Positions 32,409-43,005 of a stretch of 64,000 bases of DNA are shown here, piece by piece. Each line of letters begins with the position of its first letter. The stretch's first letter is position 1. Below the pieces are notes generated by a model. It had not been told where the DNA came from. It saw only the letters and a list, made by a program, of their open reading frames with translations, and ran no database searches. The stretch covers positions 1,116,001 through 1,180,000 of the forward strand of contig AP024667.1 in the NCBI GenBank assembly GCA_024346625.1, written 5' to 3'. Position numbers and translations under genes: made by a program. This DNA comes from Williopsis jadinii. Its lineage: Eukaryota.

Positions 32409-32523
32409 AGTCCTGGTATCTCTTTCTTTATATATTAGTAGCCATGAATCTATGTACAAGAAGTCCTGGTATCTCTTTCTTTATATATTACTGGTCATAA
32501 ATCTATGTACAAGAAGTCCTGGT
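32409..32523. repeat. 53-bp tandem repeat (2.2 copies) between the convergent AAR2 and TilS-like genes
   Basis: AGTCCTGGTATCTCTTTCTTTATATATTA...AATCTATGTACAAGA starting at 32409 and 32462, partial copy at 32515. Confidence 0.9.
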
Positions 32524-32554
32524 CTCATCATCGTCATCGTCATATATACACACA

Positions 32555-33862
32555 TCACTCATAGATATTCTCCTTGATTTGGCACTCGACAAAGTCCAAG
32601 TCTTGGGCAAAGCCCAGAACCTTGTCGTTTTCCACAACAACTGGTTTGTTCTTCATTTCACTGTATTTGAAGTCCAATGGTAAGGAAACGAACCGGCCAC
32701 GGTCGTCCTTATCCAGCGTCTTAACGGTGAATGACTTGCTGGCGTCGCTGTTGTTGTGGATCTTTATCCAATAGATGTTATCAAAGAGGATGTCTTCGCT
32801 CGTGCCGTTCGCAGGAACCGTCAGCTCGTACTCCACAGGCGTAGTTGGGTTCTGTCTGGAAACTGTCAGCTCCACACCAGATTCTGTGGGTTTCAGATCC
32901 CATTGTAATTGCAACAGGGTAAAGCTTGTGTCCGAAGACGCTCTCAATTTTGGAATCGAAGCCAGCAGCTTGTTAAAGCTGTAATGGTAATTGGTGGATG
33001 GTGAGATTGGATACATCACTTTGAAGAGCATACGAGCAACGACCAAATCAGAAGAGTTCTTCAGTTGGTCTTTGGTGAACTTCACGGTGATCGTCCCGAT
33101 AGCAGGGGAGTTGATCTCGGCTGCCTCTTTCAAGGCCGACGCCTTGGAGTCGACCGTGTGCGTGAACGCTTTGACCTTACTGAAATTCTGTAAGCTTTCA
33201 TACTTCACGTCCTCGTGTTCCTTGACCCACTTTCTGACAACGTTTCTGAGAGCAACTTCCTCGAAATTTGTGTGGTCTTCAACCCATGAGACGTTGTTGT
33301 CCTTACAGTACTGGATGATCTCGCTCTTGGTCACGCCCAGGAGTGGTCTCACGGCTTTCAGTTTCTCCGGTGAGACCGTGGGGACTTTGGCCACGGGACT
33401 CATACCAGCAAGCCCAAAGACCCCGGAGTTCTTCAACAAGCGCAGGATAAACGTCTCAAGTTGGTCATCCAGGTGGTGTCCCAGAAGAATGTGGTGGATC
33501 CCCAGTGGCTGGCACAGGTCTTGCAGGGCATTGTACCTTTTCAGGCGGGCCATCTCCTCAAACGAATTCCCTTCAAGCTCGTCAAAGTTCAGCTCCTTGG
33601 TGAGAAAGTTGTTCTGCAACCCCAGCTTGGTGAGCTCGCTTCTCACCAGTGGGATCTCGGCACGGCTGTTTGGACGTAGGTTGTGGTTTATCATGATTGG
33701 ATAGATCTCAACGTTGTGGTTCAGTATCCGTTTCGAGTTATGGAGCAGATGTGTGAGACACATTGAGTCCACGCCGCCACTGAGGGCGACGGCTATCTTC
33801 TGGGGCAGGCCCTGGCGAAAGATCTGGGCCAGTGAAGCGTTGAAGGTTGTTTGTAAGGACAT
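32555..33862 (-). CDS. tRNA(Ile)-lysidine synthetase (TilS/MesJ family PP-loop ATPase), probably mitochondrial
   Basis: AVALSGGVDS PP-loop, NHNLR, EEMARLKRY, GHHLDDQLETFILRL, GLAGM, RPLL, W.EDHTN and RNVVR, the TilS motif series in order. Confidence 0.9.
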   Translation of the reverse strand: MSLQTTFNASLAQIFRQGLPQKIAVALSGGVDSMCLTHLLHNSKRILNHNVEIYPIMINHNLRPNSRAEIPLVRSELTKLGLQNNFLTKELNFDELEGNSFEEMARLKRYNALQDLCQPLGIHHILLGHHLDDQLETFILRLLKNSGVFGLAGMSPVAKVPTVSPEKLKAVRPLLGVTKSEIIQYCKDNNVSWVEDHTNFEEVALRNVVRKWVKEHEDVKYESLQNFSKVKAFTHTVDSKASALKEAAEINSPAIGTITVKFTKDQLKNSSDLVVARMLFKVMYPISPSTNYHYSFNKLLASIPKLRASSDTSFTLLQLQWDLKPTESGVELTVSRQNPTTPVEYELTVPANGTSEDILFDNIYWIKIHNNSDASKSFTVKTLDKDDRGRFVSLPLDFKYSEMKNKPVVVENDKVLGFAQDLDFVECQIKENIYE

Positions 33863-34986
33863 CTGTTGCTAACAGGGTTCTCTGATTGTGTGTGTGATGG
33901 GGAGAATGGAATAGAGCTTTCCCTTGCAAAGAGAGTAAAGATCACTCAATTTATATAATCCGGCCAGCGATCCCAAGAGGTTTGTCACAGGATGACAGGT
34001 TCGCCACCCATGCACAATCCCTTGTATAAGTTTCTAGTCTTAGCAGAAACCTCTGATATCAGAACGAATGTCTGTATGCCTTTCTCTGTGTTTGATCAGT
34101 TGACACAAAAAAAGTGGTCCCCCCACCCACGTAAATCGGAAAACGTCTGGTGATTTTTGTTCTGGCCTTGTATGTGTGTGTTGGCGCCTTTGTCAGATAT
34201 AAGTGCGTGGAGAGATTGGCTGTGATCACCATGTGGCATGTGGCACTCTGACGTGTTCACGGATTGAATATTCACTTGTGTGTGACTAATGTTTTTTTTT
34301 GATCTAGGTGGTGGTTGAAGAGCGTTGAAACCCCTTTTGGTCGAGGACGCCTTTTGATGATCCTGATGGTTTCTCGCTGAGGGCGATTGCGCAGACTCGC
34401 AGAGCTTTTTGCAGAAATGGCGGGAAATTGCGAGTCTGCGTTTTCAGCGCGTGGGCTACGATGGCACCTGTGGGTCCGGTGCCATATATATGTGCTACAT
34501 CACCGAATCCCCAATCATCGAGTCCCCAAATCCTCAAATCCCAGCCAGATAAAGTGGTACAGTGGTACAAGTAGGAGTACTGGAGGAAAGCCACGGCGAC
34601 TAGGATCCCAGTTTGGCCTTACGAGCGTCCCTTTCACTGGAACATGCTCCGCTCTCGTTGCTTTCAGACTGCTTGTAGCAAAGGTTGCAGGCACTTGTCA
34701 TCCAGGTAGGAAGAGCTAGACAAAGGAAAAGCTGGCATTACCAGGCTAAGTGCTTATAGTCCCAGTGATGCAACTCCTCCCAGCTGATCAAATCGGGGTT
34801 TCGGTGATAGCATCAGCAGCCATATACAGGTATGGGTTTCGGAAATGACATACCGTATATCAAAGCTGGCAGATCTCCCTGAACGAAAAGTCCGATGCTT
34901 AACCGACTGTATAGCATCAAACGGTTTTGTCTCGGGGACATTGAGCCGTGTGTCTGTTATTCGCAGATGATCGTCCACACGGTGAC

Positions 34987-35042
34987 TACTTCACCCAGAC
35001 TACTTCACCCAGACATCTCCACGTAACCAACGCTCTGACTCA
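34987..35042 (+). promoter_or_regulatory. Duplicated Rap1-like element and a Gcn4 site upstream of the amino acid permease
   Basis: TACTTCACCCAGAC twice (34987, 35001) and TGACTCA at 35036. Confidence 0.5.
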
Positions 35043-35408
35043 CACGACCACACTCTGTCAACTCAGGGAAAGCTCTCGGAGATGGCCAAAATGCCATTAC
35101 CGGCCACAGCGCCGATACCGGAGTTTTTGCAGAGGTGCGTCATTCAATGCATCACGCCTTATACTTCTTCTTTAAGCTGGTGGTATTCTACTCTTTGGTG
35201 CCTTTTGGTGCCTTTTGGTGCTTCAATTGAGGTTCTGTGGGCAAGTGGGTGGTCATTCTACGCGGAGTCTGAGTCTTCGGACCTTTCTGCGATGTTCTTT
35301 GATTTCTCATGTACTTAAACTATAGCCGAAGACCCTTTTTTTGAACTGCCCTGTTTTTTTTCTTTCTGCTGCTCTTTCCACCCTTGTTTCCAACGTTCAA
35401 CACCAGCA

Positions 35409-36920
35409 ATGTCGAGTGAGAAGATGACAGTGTCATCGTCTGTTGATCCAGACTGGAAACTCAACGATGAGGTTAACCTCCGCACAGGCTTGAGCAACGA
35501 CATTGAGAAAAGCTCGCTCAATGAGAAAGAATTCCTGGGCTTGGGTAAATATGACGGGGAAGACATGTTTGCAGAGACCGAGGACGGCCCAGATTATAGA
35601 GGTGTCACCACGTTTGGAGCTGCTGTGTTGATTGCAAAGGGCCAACTGGGTTTGGGTGTGTTGGGAATTCCATCGACTTTTGACGTGCTGGGCTTTGTGC
35701 CTGGTTTGATCAGTCTGGTTGGCCTGAGTATATTGGTGACATGGACAGGTGTTGTGATTGGCCAGTTTAGACTTGCACACCCAAAAGTTTACTGTATCGA
35801 CGATGCCACTGAAATCATGTTCGGTAAGGCTGCACGTGAACTTGTCGGTTGGGGTTATTGGCTCTTCTACACCATGTGTTACGGTGCTGCTTTGATAACT
35901 GTCTCCATTGCATTGAACACATTCAGTGATCACGGTTTGTGTACGATGGCCTTCATTGGTATAGCCACCGGTGCCACTGCTATACTCACTCTGTTTACTC
36001 GTACAATGAAGGTGCTTTCATGGCTGGGATTCATTGCTATCTCTTGTATCTTCTTCGCTATTTGGGTCGTCGCAATCGCTTGTCTTACCCAGTCAACACC
36101 TGCTGCTGCAGAGTCCTTGGTTGACCCTGCTAAGAAGGTGATTCAAGTAGTTGCAACACACTCATCGTACAAGAAGATTGCAGCTGCTGTTTCTGTTCAG
36201 CTGTTAAGTTTGGCAGGTGGTGCCTCTTTCTTTACCATCCATGCAGAGATGAAAGATCAAACCAAGTACACCAAATCTTTGCTCATGGGACAAGGTTTCA
36301 TTGTGTTCAACTACATTGCCATTGCATGTATCATGTACGCTAAAGTCGGTCAGTACATCGCCTCTCCTGCCCTCGGATCAGCAGGTAGAACTTTCCAGAT
36401 CATCAGTTATGGTATTGCATTCCCAGGTTTGATGTTTTCTTGTTTCTTCTTAGCACATCTTGCTGCCAAGTATGCCCTGGTTCGTATTCTAAGAGGAACA
36501 GAGCATTTGCAGAAGAACTCAAAGACACATTGGATAACATGGACGGCAATGGTTGCAATTGTTATTGCTGTTGGATTCGTCATTGCAGGTGCAATCCCAT
36601 TCTTTGGTGATCTTCTGGGTCTGATTGGTGCTTTACTCGGAAGTATCTTTGCACTCATTGCACCGGGATTCATGTGCCTTTACGATATGAACTACAAGTT
36701 TGAAGGTAAGGTTCCAAGAGGTTATACTTGGATCTACAAGAACAATGGTTCGTGGACAAAGAACTTTTGGACAAAATTGGAGACGTTATTGTCCTTCTTC
36801 TGCATTGCCAGCGGAATCTACATTCTTTTTACCGGTGTCTACGGTTCAATTGCATCTATTGCAGACTTGTACTCTTCAGGTGCTGTTTCCGGTGCCTTCT
36901 CATGTGCTGACAACTCGTGA
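35409..36920 (+). CDS. Neutral amino acid permease (AAAP/Aa_trans family, Mtr-like)
   Basis: 503 aa with about 11 hydrophobic helices; GLGVLGIP, GFVPG, AEMKD, SPALGSA and IPFFGDLLGLIGAL motifs. Confidence 0.88.
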   Translation: MSSEKMTVSSSVDPDWKLNDEVNLRTGLSNDIEKSSLNEKEFLGLGKYDGEDMFAETEDGPDYRGVTTFGAAVLIAKGQLGLGVLGIPSTFDVLGFVPGLISLVGLSILVTWTGVVIGQFRLAHPKVYCIDDATEIMFGKAARELVGWGYWLFYTMCYGAALITVSIALNTFSDHGLCTMAFIGIATGATAILTLFTRTMKVLSWLGFIAISCIFFAIWVVAIACLTQSTPAAAESLVDPAKKVIQVVATHSSYKKIAAAVSVQLLSLAGGASFFTIHAEMKDQTKYTKSLLMGQGFIVFNYIAIACIMYAKVGQYIASPALGSAGRTFQIISYGIAFPGLMFSCFFLAHLAAKYALVRILRGTEHLQKNSKTHWITWTAMVAIVIAVGFVIAGAIPFFGDLLGLIGALLGSIFALIAPGFMCLYDMNYKFEGKVPRGYTWIYKNNGSWTKNFWTKLETLLSFFCIASGIYILFTGVYGSIASIADLYSSGAVSGAFSCADNS

Positions 36921-38164
36921 TTTGTGTTTTTCTCTGGTATACATCAGATACCTTTGTATATTGCTTAATATTCCATGCATAGCGTACTCTGAGTGCGTTT
37001 TTAATGACAATTCATCCCCATTCAAACGGTGTAATTGTGACGATATTGGAAACGATGACCAATCGATGTATGATCTATCGATTCCAGTTGGCATCATGGC
37101 AAGTTTTTGAACCTATCGCATACAGTTTAAGCCTAATTGGGGTATAACCAAGCACACCACTACGCAGATGAGAACAGCACAGCACATATAGTGGCATGCT
37201 CAACCCAATACAACGATCTGTAGAGATGACGTATATAAGTGCTTTGTCTGCTCATGAAAATGTGCCATTTTGAGCCCCTTAGAATGTCCAGGAGACAGCA
37301 AAATGGTAGACACTTCTTTAGAGGAGCATCAACGCACTCCATGTGTGTGTGTCTATTGAGATGCGACAAGACACATGATGATGTGCTCTTCGGGGTTCAG
37401 CTTAATGTTTCCAGTTATAGCGACGTCACATATATCTTTCGCTAACAGTAGGATGTATAGTGTTCCATTCGCACGGTGTGGGTAGTAGAAGAGTTGATAT
37501 GATAATGGCAATAAGAATAATCTTGATAACAATATAATTCAGAAATATAAGAGATGAGGGTTAAGTTCTAGGAACTTTACAGAGAAGCAATACAATGGTT
37601 CAAGGAACCCCTTTTAAACAGTTGTATAGAAGCACTCAAATCTTGAGGATTCGTGCTTCATGTTGTTTTCACATCCCCAAAAGGGTATGATAATTGTAAA
37701 GTGTTATAGTAAATCACAGCTGATATAATTCAGTGATAAAACCGGAAGTCGAGTCCGAAGGTCGAATATCACAGCAAAGTGGTAAAGACACAGCTGCGTG
37801 AACAACGCGTGGTGAGCGGATGATCGATCACTGGGCCCATGATGAGGAAAACGTCTTGTCCCTTCCGGACTACATGGTGGACAATACGAGCGAGATAAGG
37901 AGCTTGTCAAATGTCCGTTGTACGATTCGTAAATTTTTCCCCGTGGCAAGGACTTGAATTGTCCATATCGGACATTTTTCCGACCACGGATCAGTTTTGC
38001 TGTCATTTTGCTGTGTCTTTTTCGTGCCCAGACAGCAATTTCACATTTGGCGCAAAAGTCTACGAAAGGGTACCTTTTTGGGACAAGAGCTGGAACCTTT
38101 ACTGGGGAAAGCTTCATAACAAGGCATATGCGACTGGTGAATCAAGGCTGCAATACAAGCGACC

Positions 38165-39286
38165 ATGAGATGTGAAGTGTGCAACACAAATCAACCACAG
38201 CAGATGTACTGCCCTTCATGTGTCAACTTCCAACTGTTGAAGACGAGGTTGAAATACCTCGATGTGCTCAGTTCATTAGATCAGCTTCGAGACAATGTTG
38301 ATTCGTGTATCAAGCACTGTATCAAAGGTGCAAACTATTCTTTTGTTGAGAATGTCATGAAGGGTAAGCACCATACTGATAATATTGATCCATCTCTGGA
38401 AAATGGTGTCGTTGCACTGAGCTCGCAGCTGTTGACCATTGATGCCAGAATCTTGAAGAGGAGGAATGGCAAATTGTCGAGAGATGTTGAATCCTTCAAA
38501 TCCAAGAATAAAGAGTTGAAACACAGGATTCATAGGCTTAGAGAGATGCTCCAACGGCGTAAACATGGTGTTGAGCCCAAGAATACAGGTCTGGAGAAGG
38601 AAATCCGGGAGTCCACGAGGTTCAAGCAGGAGGATAATCTCCATTTGACTAAACAGATAAACAACTCCAAGTCGCTGCTATTTCAAGAGCTGATAAACAT
38701 TTATGTCATCAAGAGAAGGAGAGTGACTGGGACGAACCAGACGGTGTTTATGATCTTGTTCATGCCGATAATCTCCTGTGCATCTCTGGTTGACTATAAC
38801 CATGAAATGGTCTACTGCAGTTTGGCACAGGTTGCGAAATTTGTCAAACAATGCTCCAAAGTGCTGATGTGTCTCCTCCCCTACGATATTGATATAGGGA
38901 TCGATACCCGGGTTCAGGGGAACAGAATCAACATGGATAAGCCGATATGGCTATTGGACAACTTACAGCTAAGAGAGTTGATCAGGGCATACGCCATGCT
39001 GATAGTGAACGTGTGTACTCTCCTCGGTGAGTTACATCTCACAGATGATATTCGGAGTTATAGGGACCTACTACGGCTCGACGGCCTGGTTTACAAGCTC
39101 GCCAACAACGGGTTTACCCTCGATGAGCTGAAGAGCCCAGGAAAGCCCCACGCCAAACCGTTCAAGACGGACGAGCCAATCGACCTCGAAGTCGTCAACA
39201 CTCTGTGCTATGAAACGGTCCTGCACCGCATCAGGAACAAGGACAACGAATGGCACGTTGTCAAGAAGGAATACCTAGAGAAATAA
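38165..39286 (+). CDS. ATG14: Autophagy PI3K complex I subunit (Atg14/Vps38 family)
   Basis: N-terminal CxxC...CxxC (CEVC, YCPSC), a coiled coil and an LPY motif. Directly upstream of VMA2 as recalled for S. cerevisiae. Confidence 0.75.
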   Translation: MRCEVCNTNQPQQMYCPSCVNFQLLKTRLKYLDVLSSLDQLRDNVDSCIKHCIKGANYSFVENVMKGKHHTDNIDPSLENGVVALSSQLLTIDARILKRRNGKLSRDVESFKSKNKELKHRIHRLREMLQRRKHGVEPKNTGLEKEIRESTRFKQEDNLHLTKQINNSKSLLFQELINIYVIKRRRVTGTNQTVFMILFMPIISCASLVDYNHEMVYCSLAQVAKFVKQCSKVLMCLLPYDIDIGIDTRVQGNRINMDKPIWLLDNLQLRELIRAYAMLIVNVCTLLGELHLTDDIRSYRDLLRLDGLVYKLANNGFTLDELKSPGKPHAKPFKTDEPIDLEVVNTLCYETVLHRIRNKDNEWHVVKKEYLEK

Positions 39287-39570
39287 ACGGCTCCTGCCAT
39301 ATCGCAACCTCCATTGTATACTCTCTCGCTTCAAATAAAGTCCGATACCCCCACTAACTCCGAATCCCGCACGGCGGTTACCCTGCCTGCTTATGTAATC
39401 TGCCATCTCCCCTACGGCAAAACAAACCCGCCCTGCTGCCTCTTTTTTTGCCGGCCACTCTGCGTGTGCTGCCGGCCCCCCCCTTCCATCGACTAATTTT
39501 GCTTGAAACCCCCTTTTGAACTTTTATCAGTACGCCAGTTGTCTGCTAAGGAGCATCAAAACAAGGGAGA

Positions 39571-41106
39571 ATGAGCGTTTCTGATAAGGAATTGTTCGAA
39601 CTAAACAAGAAGGCCGTGACTGAAGGCTTTAAGATCAAGCCGAGACTGAACTATAACACCGTTGGCGGTGTTAATGGACCACTTGTCATCTTGGAGAATG
39701 TCAAGTTCCCACGTTATAACGAGATTGTGAACTTGACGCTGCCAGACGGGTCTGTCAGGGCAGGACAGGTGCTTGAAGTGCGTGGCGACCGTGCTGTGGT
39801 CCAGGTGTTCGAGGGTACCTCTGGAATTGATGTCAAGAAGACGCGTGTCGAGTTCACCGGGCAGAACTTGAAGATCCCTGTTTCTGAAGATACGCTTGGT
39901 CGTATCTTTGACGGTTCTGGTAGACCAATTGACAACGGCCCAAAGGTGTTTGCCGAGGACTACTTGGACATCAACGGGTCTCCTATCAACCCATACGCCA
40001 GAATCTACCCGGAGGAGATGATTTCGACAGGTATCTCGGCCATTGACACGATGAACTCCATTGCCAGAGGCCAAAAGATTCCAATCTTCAGTGCGTCTGG
40101 TTTGCCACACAACGAAATTGCAGCTCAAATCTGTAGACAAGCCGGTTTGGTGAGACCTACAAAGGATGTCCATGATGGTCACGAGGAGAATTTCTCCATT
40201 GTGTTCGCCGCTATGGGTGTCAACTTGGAAACTTCCCGTTTTTTCAAGCAGGATTTCGAGGAGAACGGATCCCTGGAGAGAACATCGTTGTTCCTTAACT
40301 TGGCCAACGATCCAACAATTGAGCGTATCATTACTCCAAGACTGGCATTGACCACTGCTGAGTACCTTGCGTACCAAACTGAACGTCACGTCTTGACCAT
40401 CTTGACCGATATGTCTTCCTACGCCGACGCCTTGAGAGAAGTGTCTGCTGCAAGAGAAGAAGTCCCAGGTAGAAGAGGTTATCCAGGTTACATGTACACA
40501 GATTTGTCCACCATTTATGAAAGAGCAGGTCGTGTCGAAGGCCGTAACGGTTCCATCACACAAATTCCAATCTTGACGATGCCAAACGATGATATCACAC
40601 ATCCAATTCCAGATTTGACAGGTTATATCACTGAGGGTCAAATCTCAGTCGATAGACAATTGCACAACAGAGGTATCTATCCACCAATCAACGTTTTGCC
40701 ATCCTTGTCGCGTCTTATGAAGTCTGCCATCGGTGAAGGTATGACCAGAAAGGACCACGGTGATGTCTCTAACCAGCTTTATGCCAAATATGCCATTGGT
40801 AGAGACGCTGCTGCCATGAAGGCCGTTGTCGGTGAGGAGGCCTTGTCGACGGAGGACAAGCTGTCGTTGGAGTTCTTGGAGAAGTTTGAGAAGACCTTCA
40901 TCTCCCAGGGTGCCTATGAGAACAGAACCGTGTTTGAGTCCTTGGACCAGGCCTGGTCATTATTGAGAATCTATCCAAAGGAGATGTTGAACAGAATCTC
41001 GCCAAAGATCCTGAACGAGTTCTACGACCGTTCCAGAGGTAACGAGGAGGCTAAGCAAGATGAGGCCGAGCTCGACAGAGCCGAGGACAACTTGATTGAT
41101 GCTTAA
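39571..41106 (+). CDS. VMA2: V-type ATPase subunit B
   Basis: Near-invariant sequence: [35 protein letters not shown] and [14 protein letters not shown]. Confidence 0.99.
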   Translation: MSVSDKELFELNKKAVTEGFKIKPRLNYNTVGGVNGPLVILENVKFPRYNEIVNLTLPDGSVRAGQVLEVRGDRAVVQVFEGTSGIDVKKTRVEFTGQNLKIPVSEDTLGRIFDGSGRPIDNGPKVFAEDYLDINGSPINPYARIYPEEMISTGISAIDTMNSIARGQKIPIFSASGLPHNEIAAQICRQAGLVRPTKDVHDGHEENFSIVFAAMGVNLETSRFFKQDFEENGSLERTSLFLNLANDPTIERIITPRLALTTAEYLAYQTERHVLTILTDMSSYADALREVSAAREEVPGRRGYPGYMYTDLSTIYERAGRVEGRNGSITQIPILTMPNDDITHPIPDLTGYITEGQISVDRQLHNRGIYPPINVLPSLSRLMKSAIGEGMTRKDHGDVSNQLYAKYAIGRDAAAMKAVVGEEALSTEDKLSLEFLEKFEKTFISQGAYENRTVFESLDQAWSLLRIYPKEMLNRISPKILNEFYDRSRGNEEAKQDEAELDRAEDNLIDA

Positions 41107-41817
41107 TTAACTAGAGAAGTGTTTATAATAAAAGGTTGAATGTCCTTAATTCTTCTCTTTGAAGCCCGTGCGTATCCAGGTAGATCTTTAGGTTGTTTCG
41201 AGACATTAAAACGACCAAAGACATTATCGGGGATGTCCAATGAAGGCAATCCAGGACATCTTCCGCCCCGCGGTGGAGTTGTATCTGAAGCGGGACATGT
41301 AGTCAAAGCAGCTGTGCGTTATCAAAGTTGCCAATTGTTGTCCCAAAGGGACATGACAGCAACGTCAAAGCCAACACCACCAAAGAGATCTGTCCCCGAT
41401 TGCGTTGAAACTCGACCGCAACTTGGCCGCCGGTGGTTAAATGTCTAAATTGCCCTAATTCTTGTCGGGGTTTTGAACCATCGGATGTCCCCGGGGGGCA
41501 GGTTGGAGCACAGACAGCAAAACAAAGATCGCAAAACGAAAAAAAGGAAAAAAGAAAGTTTTTTTGACACATTTGGCCACTCCACCGTACCAAACACAAC
41601 ACCGTACGAGGTTTTCTCCGTCGCAGGAACACACACATAGCGCCAGCAATTTGACCTTTCTTCCCTCATCCTTAAACAAGAGAAAAAATAAATATAAGCT
41701 CACATATTTGCTCACTTTTTTAAAGTCAACACAGACACACACAGACGAAGACACACAAAAAGGACAAAAACACCAGGACACATCGACATCTGTCTTGCTT
41801 TTTTTTGAAAACCTTCA

Positions 41818-43005
41818 ATGAGTAAGAAAACCGAGGACAAACCTCTGAAGTTTGTTCTGCTGGGTGGGCCATGTGTCGGTAAGTCCACTTTCGCAAACAA
41901 CCTACACTCCCAGTACTTTAGAGAGACTTACTACCCAACACATCGGTCCACGATCTTGTTGTTCCCGTTCCAACCACAGGAGAGCATCTCAAGGGCATTG
42001 CTCGATGAAGCTGGTGGCCTGGAGGGTAAAAGGGTGATCTCGAAGGACACTGGCGTGCTGCTCTCGCCAACGATCTTCCAGAGCTACAACAAGCACACCA
42101 ACGAGGGCAGGAAAAGACGCAACAGCTCCTCCACCAAGTTGAAGAATGGCTACTACTCGTACAAGTACACAGACCTGTCGTCGCCAGACTATGTGCCACC
42201 GCAGATATCGCCCATCCAGGTGGAGTTGATCGACACGCCCCCGTTCAAGCCAGACTTGGTCGTCCCGTTCCTGGAGGTTTCCCTATACAGAAACCTGGAT
42301 GAGCGAGACTTGCACAATCTGGCGAATGAGCCTCGCAGACCTGTGTCTACAAACCCATTGCTGGTTGCCAGTGGTGCTAGTGACCTGGATGGTAAGGTGG
42401 ATGGATACATCTTTATGTACAGTGCTGTTCCGACATACAATCCCCCATCCTATGACGAGGTGCTGGAGGACTCACCTCCAGCGTCCAACGAAGGCGATGA
42501 TCCTGACCAGATGTTCATTGGAACTGTCAAGAGCAACGAAAGCGACACATCGCTGTCAGTGTTGGAAATCATGAGAGGTGCCCTGCTGGATGCCTGGAAG
42601 GAATACCGGAATTACCAGAGCAAATGGAAGAAGGGCAGTGAGGGCGACGTGTACTCGCTTGTCTATGGCATCAAGCAGCTGTGGAAGACCAAGTCTGCGG
42701 AGAGCGAGAGGAAGAAGATTGAGGAGCTGAGAAAGATCTCGTCCCACCTGGACGAGATTGACATTGATGCCGGGTCGCCAGAGGCTCCACCTCCAATGCT
42801 GGTTGTGTGTACGCATGCCCACCATGAGGGCCGATCTGAGAAGCTGATGCAAGAAGGGAAGGAACTTGCACAGAAGTGGAAGTCTTCGTTCATAATGCTC
42901 GATAACGACACAGGGTACAACGTTGAAGAGACGTTGGCGTTGATGATCCGAGAGATCGTTGAGAGGGAGAAGCTACAGAAGAGGAAGAAGTTCGGACTTG
43001 TTTAG
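41818..43005 (+). CDS. Atypical Ras-superfamily P-loop protein with large insertions
   Basis: KFVLLGGPCVGKS (G1), YYPT (G2), ELIDTPP (G3 position), DGYIFMYS, PMLVVCTH (G4 position), EGKELAQKW and GYNVEETLALMIREI follow the Ras topology. Confidence 0.75.
   Translation: MSKKTEDKPLKFVLLGGPCVGKSTFANNLHSQYFRETYYPTHRSTILLFPFQPQESISRALLDEAGGLEGKRVISKDTGVLLSPTIFQSYNKHTNEGRKRRNSSSTKLKNGYYSYKYTDLSSPDYVPPQISPIQVELIDTPPFKPDLVVPFLEVSLYRNLDERDLHNLANEPRRPVSTNPLLVASGASDLDGKVDGYIFMYSAVPTYNPPSYDEVLEDSPPASNEGDDPDQMFIGTVKSNESDTSLSVLEIMRGALLDAWKEYRNYQSKWKKGSEGDVYSLVYGIKQLWKTKSAESERKKIEELRKISSHLDEIDIDAGSPEAPPPMLVVCTHAHHEGRSEKLMQEGKELAQKWKSSFIMLDNDTGYNVEETLALMIREIVEREKLQKRKKFGLV

Noticed and set aside
34498..34516. 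Minus-strand GGGGATTCGGTG resembling RNase P RNA CR-I
   Set aside because: No matching CR-V or P4 partner was found nearby.
34721..34753. Minus-strand CTGGTAATGCCAGC resembling the TPP riboswitch P5 loop
   Set aside because: Lacks the CTGAGA and TGAT elements and the P1-P3 stems, and lies antisense to the permease.
33900..35020. Telomerase RNA hypothesis (Sm-like site plus 5' splice site; CACCCAGACA as a possible template)
   Set aside because: The putative template lies downstream of the Sm site on the same strand, which is the wrong order, and only about 300 bp are available upstream. A Rap1-like site explains the motif better.
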